The notes below the pieces were generated by a model. That model did not search any database. It was not told the DNA's origin and saw only the letters and a program-made list of their open reading frames with translations. A stretch of 64,000 bases of DNA, from the NCBI GenBank assembly GCA_041653955.1, contig JBAZEH010000005.1, positions 178-64,177 of the forward strand, given 5' to 3'. Origin of the DNA: Candidatus Omnitrophota bacterium (lineage in GTDB: Bacteria > Omnitrophota > Gorgyraeia > Gygaellales > Profunditerraquicolaceae). The position numbers and the translations under genes are program-made. Numbering within the stretch: position 1 is the stretch's first letter; the number at the start of each line of letters is the position of its first letter. Below, in pieces: positions 1-8,858 of the stretch.

Positions 1-170
1 ACTCCGTGAAACGGTCCAGATGCGTATCGCAAAACCTGCATTTCAGGTTGCATCCGAAGAAACGTACGAATATTTGTTCTTCTCCGAAATACAACCCCTC
101 CCCCTGGACACTTGTGAAAACCTCTGTGATCTTGCCTAACATACTATTATCCATATATACTTTCTTTAAT

Positions 171-229
171 AGGGACACCCTTAGCTTTGGCTGAAAGGGT
201 GTCCCTTGATTGGATCCAAGGGTGTCCCT
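171..229. repeat. Palindromic repeat element, copy 1: GGGACACCC-TTAGCTTTGGCTGAAA-GGGTGTCCC-TTGATTGGATCCAA-GGGTGTCCC
   Basis: A 9-bp inverted repeat GGGACACCC/GGGTGTCCC around an ~16-nt core, with an extra GGGTGTCCC arm. It is closely related to copies at 48241, 51011, 3498, 3558 and 44721. It overlaps the last ~15 codons of queC. Confidence 0.7.
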
Positions 230-840
230 GCGCGGTAACGGCAGCTGTCGCATACTCCGCATGGTTTCCTGCCGCCGCGGTAACATGACCAGGTCAGGCC
301 GACAGGAACTCCTAAACTCAATCCCTTGCGGACTATCTCTGCTTTCCCCATCTTTATCAACGGAGTTACTATCTTCGGTCCCCTCTTTTTGACCCCGGAG
401 AGGGTGCCTGTGTTGATCACTTTGAGAAACGCGCGGTAAAACTCCGGACGGCAATCAGGATAACCGCTATAATCCTGCGTGTGCGCTCCGATAAATATCG
501 CCTCTGCCCCTGTTGCCTCGGCATAGGACAAGGCAAAACTTAAGAAAATTATATTGCGGCCCGGCACATAAGTCGACGGCACTTTACCCGTGCGGCGGCT
601 GGGGACTTTCAGCCTTTTATCTAATAGACTCGATCCTCCCCACGGCAATCCGATTTTCATCAACCGGATAGGAGAACCGCTTAACCGCGCTATCTTCCTG
701 GCGGCCCTTATCTCTTTCTTATGGCGCTGCCCGTAATCAAAAACCAGGCAAAAACATTTATATCCCTGCTTCCTGGCGATATATAAAGTTACGGCTGAAT
801 CAAGGCCTCCGGATAATAAAACTATCGCCTTCTTCATCAT
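181..840 (-). CDS. queC: 7-cyano-7-deazaguanine synthase QueC (C-terminal tail runs into the repeat element)
   Basis: The N-terminal PP-loop motif is [11 protein letters not shown]. The C-terminal zinc motif is CGVCDSC. The final ~15 residues are encoded by the palindromic repeat. Confidence 0.85.
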   Translation of the reverse strand: MMKKAIVLLSGGLDSAVTLYIARKQGYKCFCLVFDYGQRHKKEIRAARKIARLSGSPIRLMKIGLPWGGSSLLDKRLKVPSRRTGKVPSTYVPGRNIIFLSFALSYAEATGAEAIFIGAHTQDYSGYPDCRPEFYRAFLKVINTGTLSGVKKRGPKIVTPLIKMGKAEIVRKGLSLGVPVGLTWSCYRGGRKPCGVCDSCRYRAGTPLDPIKGHPFSQS

Positions 841-1193
841 TCATAATAAGACGCGCAGCTGTTATGGCTTTCCCAGACGGTGATATATTTAAGGCCGGAC
901 AGCCTCTTCTGAAGGCTCTTATATATATACCGCGCTATATTCTCGGAGGTTGGATTCACTTTCTTAAAGTAAGGGGTCCTATCCAGGCACTTATGGTCCA
1001 GCTTATCCAGGACCCTATCCAACTCTTTTCTTAAATCCTTGAAATCCATCACCATCCCCGTCTTGTCGGTCTTCTCGGCCTCTACCGTAACCTCCACCTT
1101 CCAATTATGACCATGCAGTTCTTCGCACTTGCCCTTATAGCCCCTTAATGAATGAGCTGAACTGAAATATGCTTCTATTTTTATATTATACAT
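837..1193 (-). CDS. queD: 6-carboxy-5,6,7,8-tetrahydropterin synthase QueD
   Basis: 118 aa with the PTPS-fold signature (HSLRGYKGKCEELHGHNWKVEV) and a 4-nt overlap with queC. Confidence 0.85.
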   Translation of the reverse strand: MYNIKIEAYFSSAHSLRGYKGKCEELHGHNWKVEVTVEAEKTDKTGMVMDFKDLRKELDRVLDKLDHKCLDRTPYFKKVNPTSENIARYIYKSLQKRLSGLKYITVWESHNSCASYYE

Positions 1194-1983
1194 CGTGGGC
1201 CCTTCGCGCGTTAGGAAGCGGTACTCCCAAAAACCTTTTTGCCAGGCCGCTGAACCATTTCGGGTTATCGCTTACGTAAAACTTATGCCTCCCCTTCCTG
1301 CCGGATTTTGAATTGAGCAAACCCTCCGCAGTAAGGATCTCTTTTACTTCAACGGCTACCTGCTTTGCGGAATCTATCAGGATGATATCCTTACCCAGCG
1401 CCTTTCTGATCACCGGCTTAAGCAAAGGATAATGCGTGCAACCCAGGATCACCGTATCCACGCGCGCCTGTTTTAAAGGCTGGAGGTATTTCTTGGCAAT
1501 ACTCATCACTTCGCTTCCGGATAACCACCCCTCTTCGACAAAAGGAACAAAGAGCGGACAGGCAACGGCCGTTACTTTAATGAAAGGGTCAAGCTGTTTT
1601 ATCTCTTTTTTGTAAGCGCTGCTGTCTATGGTGCTGCGCGTTCCGATAACCCCGATGCGCTTATTCCTGGTGGCATATACCGCCTCCCTTGCCCCGGGAG
1701 TGATAACGCCTACGATCGGGACTTTGAAATGGTTCTTTATCTCCGGCAGAGCCAGGCTTGATACGGTATTGCAGGCTACACATATCAACTTTACATCCTG
1801 CTTAAGTAAAAAAAGGATATTCTCTATTGAGAAACGTATCACCGTCTCCCTGGATTTTATACCGTACGGCACGCGGGCGGTATCCCCGAAATAAACTATA
1901 TCTTCGCCCGGAAGCTGGCTGATCAACTCTTTGGCTACGGTCAAACCTCCTACACCAGAATCAAATACTCCTATAGGTTTCAT
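1186..1983 (-). CDS. murI: Glutamate racemase
   Basis: Starts MKPIGVFDSGVGGLTVAKEL and has the conserved catalytic Cys regions (VACNT, GCTHYP). Confidence 0.9.
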   Translation of the reverse strand: MKPIGVFDSGVGGLTVAKELISQLPGEDIVYFGDTARVPYGIKSRETVIRFSIENILFLLKQDVKLICVACNTVSSLALPEIKNHFKVPIVGVITPGAREAVYATRNKRIGVIGTRSTIDSSAYKKEIKQLDPFIKVTAVACPLFVPFVEEGWLSGSEVMSIAKKYLQPLKQARVDTVILGCTHYPLLKPVIRKALGKDIILIDSAKQVAVEVKEILTAEGLLNSKSGRKGRHKFYVSDNPKWFSGLAKRFLGVPLPNARRAHDV

Positions 1984-3080
1984 TGTCTTGCCATCTCCAT
2001 TGAAGCGCGTTCACGCGCATATATTTTTACCCCTTCACAGATACCCTCGGCTATCTGCTGGCGGTAATAAGAGTTTCTAAGCAGCTTCTCCTCCTGGTAG
2101 TTGGATAAAAAACCTGTCTCAACCAGTATCGCCGGCATACGCACTCCCTTTAAAACATAAAAATTTGCTGACTTGACACCGATGATCCTTATATTTACGC
2201 TGCTATCCACTGAATGGCATATACCGCGGGCTAATTTTACCGATTCCGCGCGGTTAGATGTATGGATCATATCCCAGAGTATAGCCCTTAAATTCAAAGA
2301 CGGGGTAGAAGCAAAAGAGGAGCTTTTCAGGCCCAAATTAGCGTTCTGCGCGCAATATAACGCGCGTTTGGAATCATCGGCCTTGGGAGAGACATAATAT
2401 ACCTCAAGCCCCTTCAGGCTCCTTACATGGTTGGCATTAGCGTGCACGCTGATAAAAAGGTCTGCTCCGGAACTATTTGCTATAGATACCCTGCGCGCCA
2501 GGGATACAAAGATATCGGATGAACGCGTCATCACTACATCTATCCCCTCGGCTTTCAACATTTTGCTTAGCCTTTTGGCTATATCCAGATTTACATCTTT
2601 CTCTTTCAAACCGTTCCTGCCTATCGCCCCGGGGTCCTTCCCTCCGTGCCCGGCGTCAATAACTACTTTTCTGATCCTGACTGCGGGAGCGCATGTTGCT
2701 GCTGTACGCTGCGGACGGTATCCTTTAAATAAACGGTCTAAGACCTGCTCTTTAAATCTATACGGGACTACTACCGCTCCCTGGTATATATCCACGGGGT
2801 AACTTAGGTACTCCGGAGCGTCATCTACCAATACAAGCTTCTCCCCTACCATTAAATTTATCTTATGCCCGCCCTTAGTAAGGCTGACTGTGCGGATAAA
2901 AGTATCATATTTCCACGATATATTCTGCGAACCGCAAAGAGAGGAGAGTGATACGTAGCTCACACCTCCGATATTATAAGTAGTCAGCGTTTCCCTGGTT
3001 GACACAGTGGCGCAACCGGAAAAGCTGAGGGCTAACAATCCAAGGGCCAGGATAAAAACTGATAATTTTCTGATTTTCAT
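1980..3080 (-). CDS. N-acetylmuramoyl-L-alanine amidase (Amidase_3) lipoprotein, AmiC-like
   Basis: Lipoprotein signal (LALSFSGC). C-terminal Amidase_3 motifs: VVIDAGHGGKDPGA ... FISVHANA. Confidence 0.75.
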   Translation of the reverse strand: MKIRKLSVFILALGLLALSFSGCATVSTRETLTTYNIGGVSYVSLSSLCGSQNISWKYDTFIRTVSLTKGGHKINLMVGEKLVLVDDAPEYLSYPVDIYQGAVVVPYRFKEQVLDRLFKGYRPQRTAATCAPAVRIRKVVIDAGHGGKDPGAIGRNGLKEKDVNLDIAKRLSKMLKAEGIDVVMTRSSDIFVSLARRVSIANSSGADLFISVHANANHVRSLKGLEVYYVSPKADDSKRALYCAQNANLGLKSSSFASTPSLNLRAILWDMIHTSNRAESVKLARGICHSVDSSVNIRIIGVKSANFYVLKGVRMPAILVETGFLSNYQEEKLLRNSYYRQQIAEGICEGVKIYARERASMEMARQ

Positions 3081-3092
3081 AAATGAGACAAA

Positions 3093-3490
3093 TGGTGGAG
3101 GTGGGCGGAATTGAACCGCCGTCCCCGGACAATCACGTAAAAGCCGCTACATGCTTAGTTTATCTTTTATGCTTACTTCTGCCTGCTCCGGTAAACAGGA
3201 TAAGGCAGACAGCAGCCTTTTTTAATTTCACCCGCGCCCCAAAGGCTAATTTACACGGGCTATCCTGCTATCCGCTCTCGTTTAAGCCACAGGCAGCCTA
3301 AGGAGAGGCTTCGCTAATTTAGTTAGCGAAGACTGGTGCCAGACCCATACCCATTGTGATGGGCATCGGCTGGACGCTGAACAGTTGTCTGTTTGCGTTT
3401 ATCTTGTGCAAGGGTTGTTAACGCGGCTAACCTCGCATCCGCGACATGCTGCTCTTACCCGACTCATCCAGGTCGAGACCTTTCACCCCC
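3093..3490 (-). ncRNA. ssrA: tmRNA (SsrA)
   Basis: The minus-strand RNA starts GGGGGUGAAAGGUCUCGAC and ends with a tRNA-like T-arm and acceptor, GGUUCAAUUCCGCCCACCUCCACCA. The 5'/3' acceptor pairing is intact. It is directly adjacent to smpB. Confidence 0.85.
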
Positions 3491-3497
3491 ATATTTT

Positions 3498-3594
3498 AGG
3501 GACGGTTCTTCAACCAAAGCGAAAAGTGTCCCCAAGAATGCTACTACCTGTACAAACAGGGACACTTTCCCGATTGGCTCGAGAACCGTCCCTA
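3498..3594. repeat. Two inverted copies of the palindromic repeat (3498-3534 and 3558-3594), filling the smpB-ssrA intergenic region
   Basis: Copy A is AGGGACGGTTCTTCAACCAAAGCGAAAAGTGTCCCC. Copy B is AGGGACACTTTCCCGATTGGCTCGAGAACCGTCCCTA. The reverse complement of B is near-identical to A. Both share the GGGACAC/GTGTCCC termini with the other copies. Confidence 0.7.
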
Positions 3595-3598
3595 CTTT

Positions 3599-4051
3599 TT
3601 ACTTTTTGCGCTTGATGGCGCGGCGCATCTCTAAATCCACTTCTTTGCGCTTGATAGTTTCTCGACGGTCATAAAGTTTCTTGCCTTTACAAAGAGCGAG
3701 CTCTATCTTGGCGAAACCCCTATCGTTAAAGTATGCCTTAAGGGGCACAAGAGTAAACCCCTTCTGCGCTATCTTACCCTCCAGCTTAATGATCTGGGCC
3801 TTACGCAACAAGAGGCGCCTGGGCCTTTTGGGCTCAACGTTCAGGTAGCTCGCCTGAACGTAAGGGCTTATATGCGTATTATAGAGTATTACTTCATTCT
3901 TCTCTACGCGGGCAAAACTATCTTCCATATTCATCTTACCCGCCCGCAAAGATTTTACTTCGCTGCCCTTAAGCTCTATGCCGCATTCAAGGGTTTCTAA
4001 AACCTCATAGTCCCTGCGAGCCTTCTTATTGCTGGAGATGAGCCCATTCAT
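3599..4051 (-). CDS. smpB: SsrA-binding protein SmpB
   Basis: 150 aa (NKKARRDYEVLETLECGIELKGSEVKSL ... ) with the basic C-terminal tail typical of SmpB. Confidence 0.9.
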   Translation of the reverse strand: MNGLISSNKKARRDYEVLETLECGIELKGSEVKSLRAGKMNMEDSFARVEKNEVILYNTHISPYVQASYLNVEPKRPRRLLLRKAQIIKLEGKIAQKGFTLVPLKAYFNDRGFAKIELALCKGKKLYDRRETIKRKEVDLEMRRAIKRKK

Positions 4052-5007
4052 TTTATCACGCTAAGGGTAAAATATAAACTCAAAAATAAGGGCAAGGTGA
4101 TAAGGCTTGCGAGATGGCTGAAGAATATACCCTGGCTGATAAGCAGGTCTTCCTTTTTATAATGGCTTGTGATCACAGATAATAAGGTCGCCGAAGGAGC
4201 GGCTAATTCTATCACTATCAATAAACCTGTCAATTGAGGTATTTTAAATATTACCAGCAGCCATACCCCCATAACAGGCAATATGATCAATTTTGCCAGT
4301 ACGAGGAGCGAGACCGCCTTCTTATCCACTTGCTTGAAACGTATGGCGGCGAGGTTCCCTCCCACTACAAGCATCGCCAAAGGAAGGGTACAATCACCTG
4401 CCGCTCGCAGCGGCTTCAGGAACGGTTCGGGTATTGACCTGTCTAAGCCAAAAAATATCAATATCAAAGTAACCAGTGTAGCTATTACCGGAGGGCTGAA
4501 CAGGCTGCCTAATTCAAATTTACTGGCCTTGGTAAAAGTAAGCATATACGCGCCTAAAGAGAACATGACCATATTGAATCCGGCGAGGAATAAAAATAAA
4601 TAGACGAACATAATGCTTAACTGTTCAGCCGGCAATAATGCCGCTACCAGCGCCAGCGGCAAATATCCTGAGTTCTGAAAAGTCACCAGGCTTAAAAACT
4701 GCAGTTTATGCTCATGCCCTTTTATAAAAACGGAGAATACCGCACCCGCCAGAAGGCCTGCGACGGTAATAGTGATACTTATCAAAGGGAATACCCACCA
4801 ATCAGGATACAGAGAAAAAGAGAAATCCCTGATCAGCTGGGTAAATATCAATAGTGGCAGTGTAACCTCTACGACCAGGCGGCTTAAGGCATGCAGACCT
4901 TCAGCCCCCAGTATATTCTTTTTAATAAGAAAATACCCCAGGGCGGCCAGCATGAATATCTCTGCCACTGCGGTACCGGTCACCTTAAATGACTCTAAAA
5001 ACATCAC
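4048..5007 (-). CDS. AEC-family (auxin efflux carrier-like) membrane transporter
   Basis: 319 aa, polytopic and hydrophobic, with an N-terminal half/C-terminal half repeat architecture typical of AEC/malate permease-like proteins. Confidence 0.65.
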   Translation of the reverse strand: MMFLESFKVTGTAVAEIFMLAALGYFLIKKNILGAEGLHALSRLVVEVTLPLLIFTQLIRDFSFSLYPDWWVFPLISITITVAGLLAGAVFSVFIKGHEHKLQFLSLVTFQNSGYLPLALVAALLPAEQLSIMFVYLFLFLAGFNMVMFSLGAYMLTFTKASKFELGSLFSPPVIATLVTLILIFFGLDRSIPEPFLKPLRAAGDCTLPLAMLVVGGNLAAIRFKQVDKKAVSLLVLAKLIILPVMGVWLLVIFKIPQLTGLLIVIELAAPSATLLSVITSHYKKEDLLISQGIFFSHLASLITLPLFLSLYFTLSVIK

Positions 5008-5068
5008 TTATAGCCCTCCTGAAATAATATATTATAACAACAAACCAACGTAGCCGCAATTCTTTTAA

Positions 5069-5097
5069 TTGACAGGAATAAACAGGTAAGATATACT
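5069..5097 (+). promoter_or_regulatory. Sigma70-type promoter for tRNA-Leu
   Basis: TTGACA (5069-5074), a 17-nt spacer, then TATACT (5092-5097), about 15 nt upstream of the tRNA 5' end. Confidence 0.4.
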
Positions 5098-5112
5098 TGG
5101 AATACTAATAAT

Positions 5113-5198
5113 GCGGAAGTGGTGGAATGGCAGACACGCAGCGTTCAGGGCGCTGTGGGGGCAACTCCATGAGGGTTCAACTCCCTCCTTCCGCACCA
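5113..5198 (+). tRNA. tRNA-Leu (anticodon CAG), type II with a long variable arm
   Basis: Sequence GCGGAAGTGGTGGAATGGCAGACACGCAGCGTTCAGGGCGCTG...GGGTTCAACTCCCTCCTTCCGCACCA. The anticodon loop is UUCAGGG. The variable arm is long. CCA is encoded. Confidence 0.85.
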
Positions 5199-5227
5199 TT
5201 TAATATCCGTCTTTCCTCGCCATTAGA

Positions 5228-7201
5228 ATGAAAAAAAATAAAACCCTCACCAGCAGGATCATCCTAATCATAGTTATCTGCATCCTGGGTATCGCGGCCT
5301 ACTCCAATACATTCAACAGCCCCTTCCATTTTGACGACGAATCCTCCATAACAGAGAACCTGAACATAAAAAACCTGAATAATTTAAGGATGATATGGGG
5401 GCATTGGCCCACCCGTTTCCTGACCACCCTATCCCTTGCCTTCAATTACCGTATGCATGGGCTTGATCCTTTAGGCTATCATATTTTAAACCTGGCAATA
5501 CACTTATGCGCGGCCATACTCGCTTTCTGGTTCATACTCCTGACATTTGCAACCCCAAACATGAGAGATGATGCGGCCGCCAGGCATGCAAACTCCTTTG
5601 CCTTCTTTGTCGCGGCCCTCTTTGTGGCGCATCCTATACAAACCCAGGCAGTGACCTATATCATCCAAAGGTCTGCCGGTTTAGCGGCCCTATTCTACCT
5701 ATTGGCACTATGCCTTTATATCAGATCCAGGATAATGCAGATAGAAGGAAAAACAAACTACGGCGTTTATTACGCCGCTTCCATCATAACCGCCCTGGCG
5801 GGTATATACACAAAAGAATCAATAGTGACCCTCCCCTTAGCTATACTCCTTTATGAATTTTGCTTCCTGAAAGGAGAACGGGGCATATCCTGGAAAAAAG
5901 TACTGCCGTTTTTTATCATCTCTCTTATAGTCCCGTTTACCGTTATCTTCAGGATATCTGAACACACACCCGATATCCCCGCGCGTTACTACCTGCTGAC
6001 GCAATTACGGGTAATGGTAACTTATATACGGCTCCTATTAATACCGGTAAACCAGAACCTGGATTACGACTATCCTATTATAAAAACATTACTGGATCCT
6101 GCGGCGATGGCAAGCGCCGCGCTGCTGGCGGTGATCCTGATCTTCGCGATACGTTCATTCCGGAAATACAGGATGATCTCATTCTCTATATTCTGGTTCT
6201 TCCTGGCACTCCTGCCTGAATCAAGTATAATGCCTATCCATGACCTGATCTTCGAACACAGGCTGTACCTTGCGGCATTAGGATACGGAATATTCCTGAC
6301 CAGCGCGATATATTACGCTTTTAAAAACAGGTACGCGAAAACAGCCCTGCTTATGCTGATAATACTGGCTTATGCTGTTTCAACATACAAGAGGAACTAT
6401 ATATGGCAGGATACCGTAGTATTATCCAAAGATATAGCGATTAAATCACCGCGCAAAGCAAGGGCGTACCTGCATCTGGGGAATGCATATGCAAAAAAGA
6501 AGATCTATGATAAGGCAATAGAAAGTTTTAACAGGGCGCTTGAATTGGCGCCTGATTACGGGGATGCTTATTATAATATCGGGGCCGCCTATTATGAAAA
6601 AGGGGATATGGAAAACGCCCTCCCCTATTTAGACAGCGCGATACGGATAAATCCGAAAGACTCCGAGGCCTATTATTACAGGGGATTGGTTTTAAACAGC
6701 AGGAAGGAGCATGCCAGGGCAATATCAGATTTTAAAGAAGCGATCCTCATAGCCCCTGAACGGGTAGAGCCATACCGCGCGCTCGCTGATACCTACCGGG
6801 CGGCAGGCAAAGATAAGGAAGCGGCCGCACTATATGATAAAGCGATATCGGCGCATCCGTATATCTGCGAACTGTATATTTATGCCGCCATCTTTTACGG
6901 GAATAAAGGGGACCACGCCAAAGTGCTTGACCTTTGCTCCAAAGCGATCAGGATAAACCCTTACTCATCCGAGGCATACTTTAACCTCGGGGCAGCTTAC
7001 GGGAATATGGGGTATTTTAAAGAAGCTATAAATTCCTTTAGAAAAGCAGTGGCCATTAATCCCAGACTAGCCGCAGCCCATAACGCCCTGGCCATAGCAT
7101 ACTATAATATAAAAGATTACCGCCTCGCGAAAAAACATGCCGATAAAGCCGTAGCGCTAGGATATCCGGTATGCCCCTCATTGCTGGGATCTCCTGAATA
7201 A
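5228..7201 (+). CDS. Integral membrane protein with a TMTC/DUF1736-like N-terminal domain and C-terminal TPR repeats (putative PMT-like glycosyltransferase)
   Basis: 657 aa with about 10 TM helices in the N-terminal 400 aa. The C-terminus carries at least 6 TPR repeats (AYLHLGNAYAKKKIYDKAIESFNRALEL ... ). Confidence 0.55.
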   Translation: MKKNKTLTSRIILIIVICILGIAAYSNTFNSPFHFDDESSITENLNIKNLNNLRMIWGHWPTRFLTTLSLAFNYRMHGLDPLGYHILNLAIHLCAAILAFWFILLTFATPNMRDDAAARHANSFAFFVAALFVAHPIQTQAVTYIIQRSAGLAALFYLLALCLYIRSRIMQIEGKTNYGVYYAASIITALAGIYTKESIVTLPLAILLYEFCFLKGERGISWKKVLPFFIISLIVPFTVIFRISEHTPDIPARYYLLTQLRVMVTYIRLLLIPVNQNLDYDYPIIKTLLDPAAMASAALLAVILIFAIRSFRKYRMISFSIFWFFLALLPESSIMPIHDLIFEHRLYLAALGYGIFLTSAIYYAFKNRYAKTALLMLIILAYAVSTYKRNYIWQDTVVLSKDIAIKSPRKARAYLHLGNAYAKKKIYDKAIESFNRALELAPDYGDAYYNIGAAYYEKGDMENALPYLDSAIRINPKDSEAYYYRGLVLNSRKEHARAISDFKEAILIAPERVEPYRALADTYRAAGKDKEAAALYDKAISAHPYICELYIYAAIFYGNKGDHAKVLDLCSKAIRINPYSSEAYFNLGAAYGNMGYFKEAINSFRKAVAINPRLAAAHNALAIAYYNIKDYRLAKKHADKAVALGYPVCPSLLGSPE

Positions 7202-7210
7202 TACAAGAAA

Positions 7211-8593
7211 CTAATAAAGCTTATTGCCCCTTCTTCCCACGGCGTCAAATCCAAACAGCTCTTCAAGCCTGTCGGGTATATGTTCGGAAAGAATGGCTAG
7301 CGCAGCTGCCGCAAGCTCTAATTTTTCGCGGAATAGCTCGCAGCTTCTATCGTAAGGTACAGCGGGGTCCCCGTTGAAATAATAGTTTATATTAAGGCAG
7401 GAACCTGTCGTACGGCAGAGCGCGAAAAGTTCACACTCCCCGCAGTGTAAAAAACGCCCTTTTATCTTCCGCGTGAAAGCGCGGTAAGCCCTCTTATCTA
7501 AACCGGAAAGCACGTTACCGAGCCTGAAATCTTCTATGCCCAAAAAAGACGTGCAAGGATAAATATCGCCTTCAGCGGTTACGGCAAATTGCCCTCTTGC
7601 CGCGGGGCAGCCCCCGGTGACCTCATGGCTATAATAAAGCCTCTGCATCAATTTAAAAAAACGGTTGAAGAATGTTTTACGGTAATCAAGGGATCCGGCT
7701 AACGTATCCTTTATGTAACACCTCGCCAGTTTTTCATATTCCCTGCGCAAGATCGCGCGCTGTTCCGGAGTATTGAAGAAATACCTCTCCCTGCTGGGGG
7801 TTATCCTGTGGCAGGCATCTTCGCTTTCAAACAACTCGACGCGCTCAAAACCCAGCCTTTTTAAGTCGGAATATAAAGCCGGCATATCGCTGCAAAACGG
7901 AGTTACTGTAGCGCGCCCCACAAGCCTCTTCATAATACCGTCGGGCATATTTTTCAGGTTTGAGGCGATCTTATTAAAACTGCCCTTGCCCGTAACGAAA
8001 GGCCTGTTATTATCATGCACCTTTTTACGGCCGTCTACACTCACGGCGATCTGCACGCCGCTGTCAATCAACTTCTTTGCCAAGGCGGGAGTAAGCAGGG
8101 TGCCGTTAGTGGCAAGCAGAAAATGAAAATTTACCCCCCACCTCTTTTGATTGCCCCTGCAGTATTCTACCGCCGCGAAAAGAGTCTTGGTGTTCAAAAG
8201 CGGTTCTCCGCCGTAAAAATCCACCACAAGGTCGTTATCATCTCCGCGCATATCAACCAGCATATCAACAGCCTTAAAGGCGACTCTGCTGCTCATTTCT
8301 CCGGAAGAGGCAGCGGCTTTAACCCGGCGGCCTTTGACTTTTGAAAAAGCGCGGTTTGAGTATTTCCCCCGGTCATTCCAGCAATATAAACATTTTAAAT
8401 TACAGCGGGAGGTAAGGTTAAGGGTAATATCGGTGACGCAGTCTTTTGCGGTATCATCCCCCGAAGAGACCCCTGCGGTAACCGGAAAATATTCCAGTAT
8501 TTCACGGGGTATACCGTATCTTCTTCCGGATCCATACGCGTGAGCTAAAGAAAAATGCGATGGAAGCGAAAATCCGTCATTCCATTTCTTCAA
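7211..8593 (-). CDS. Radical SAM/SPASM-domain enzyme (anSME/peptide-maturase-like); non-ATG (TTG) start
   Basis: The CxxxCxxC motif (SRCNLKCLYCWND) sits at residues 64-71, followed by GGEPLL. C-terminal SPASM cysteines: GGCPA ... CTSF ... HCGECELFALC ... GSC. There is no Met codon before residue 100, so the start must be TTG or GTG. Confidence 0.8.
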   Translation of the reverse strand: MKKWNDGFSLPSHFSLAHAYGSGRRYGIPREILEYFPVTAGVSSGDDTAKDCVTDITLNLTSRCNLKCLYCWNDRGKYSNRAFSKVKGRRVKAAASSGEMSSRVAFKAVDMLVDMRGDDNDLVVDFYGGEPLLNTKTLFAAVEYCRGNQKRWGVNFHFLLATNGTLLTPALAKKLIDSGVQIAVSVDGRKKVHDNNRPFVTGKGSFNKIASNLKNMPDGIMKRLVGRATVTPFCSDMPALYSDLKRLGFERVELFESEDACHRITPSRERYFFNTPEQRAILRREYEKLARCYIKDTLAGSLDYRKTFFNRFFKLMQRLYYSHEVTGGCPAARGQFAVTAEGDIYPCTSFLGIEDFRLGNVLSGLDKRAYRAFTRKIKGRFLHCGECELFALCRTTGSCLNINYYFNGDPAVPYDRSCELFREKLELAAAALAILSEHIPDRLEELFGFDAVGRRGNKLY

Positions 8594-8711
8594 TGCATTA
8601 TATGTTTCGGGGGATAGATTGTAAAAATCGCCTGTGCGGGTTGAGATACCGATACAACGGCCTAGCTTCTTGAAAAGATATACTGGCTTCTTGATGGGCT
8701 CTTCCCTATAA

Positions 8712-8795
8712 TTACCAGAGCACCCTGCCCGAGCGGCAATAACGAGAGAGCTTCCTTTTTGCTTTAGAGACTTTATTTACCCTGGTCGCTTTCAT
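8712..8795 (-). CDS. Unannotated 27-aa, highly basic small ORF (MKATRVNKVSKAKRKLSRYCRSGRVLW) between the M48 peptidase and the radical SAM gene
   Basis: ATG is preceded by AAGGAG with a 5-nt spacer. The ORF lies 63 nt downstream of the upstream gene stop and 118 nt upstream of the rSAM/SPASM gene, on the same strand. It is below the length cut-off of the ORF track. 10 of 27 residues are Lys/Arg, and it ends in Trp. Confidence 0.4.
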   Translation of the reverse strand: MKATRVNKVSKAKRKLSRYCRSGRVLW

Positions 8796-8858
8796 ATTTA
8801 CTCCTTAACTGTTATTTTCCTACACGTCAACGCAAATTGCAAGAAAAATCTACGCGGC

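Noticed and set aside
6-194. 62-aa ORF at the window start, and many 60-150-aa ORFs antisense to or nested in large genes (e.g. 36751-37452 inside clpC, 62424-63608 inside dnaX, 10310-10828 inside the flavoprotein gene)
   Set aside because: They lie on the opposite strand or in an alternative frame of well-supported conserved genes. They have low-complexity Ser/Pro/Arg-rich translations and no RBS. These are typical GC-skew artefacts of the ORF track.
3093-3490. Attempt to read the tmRNA tag-peptide ORF
   Set aside because: Candidate frames end in ...VFAN or ...LPVA rather than a canonical ...ALAA. The resume codon and tag could not be assigned confidently by eye, so no tag is reported.
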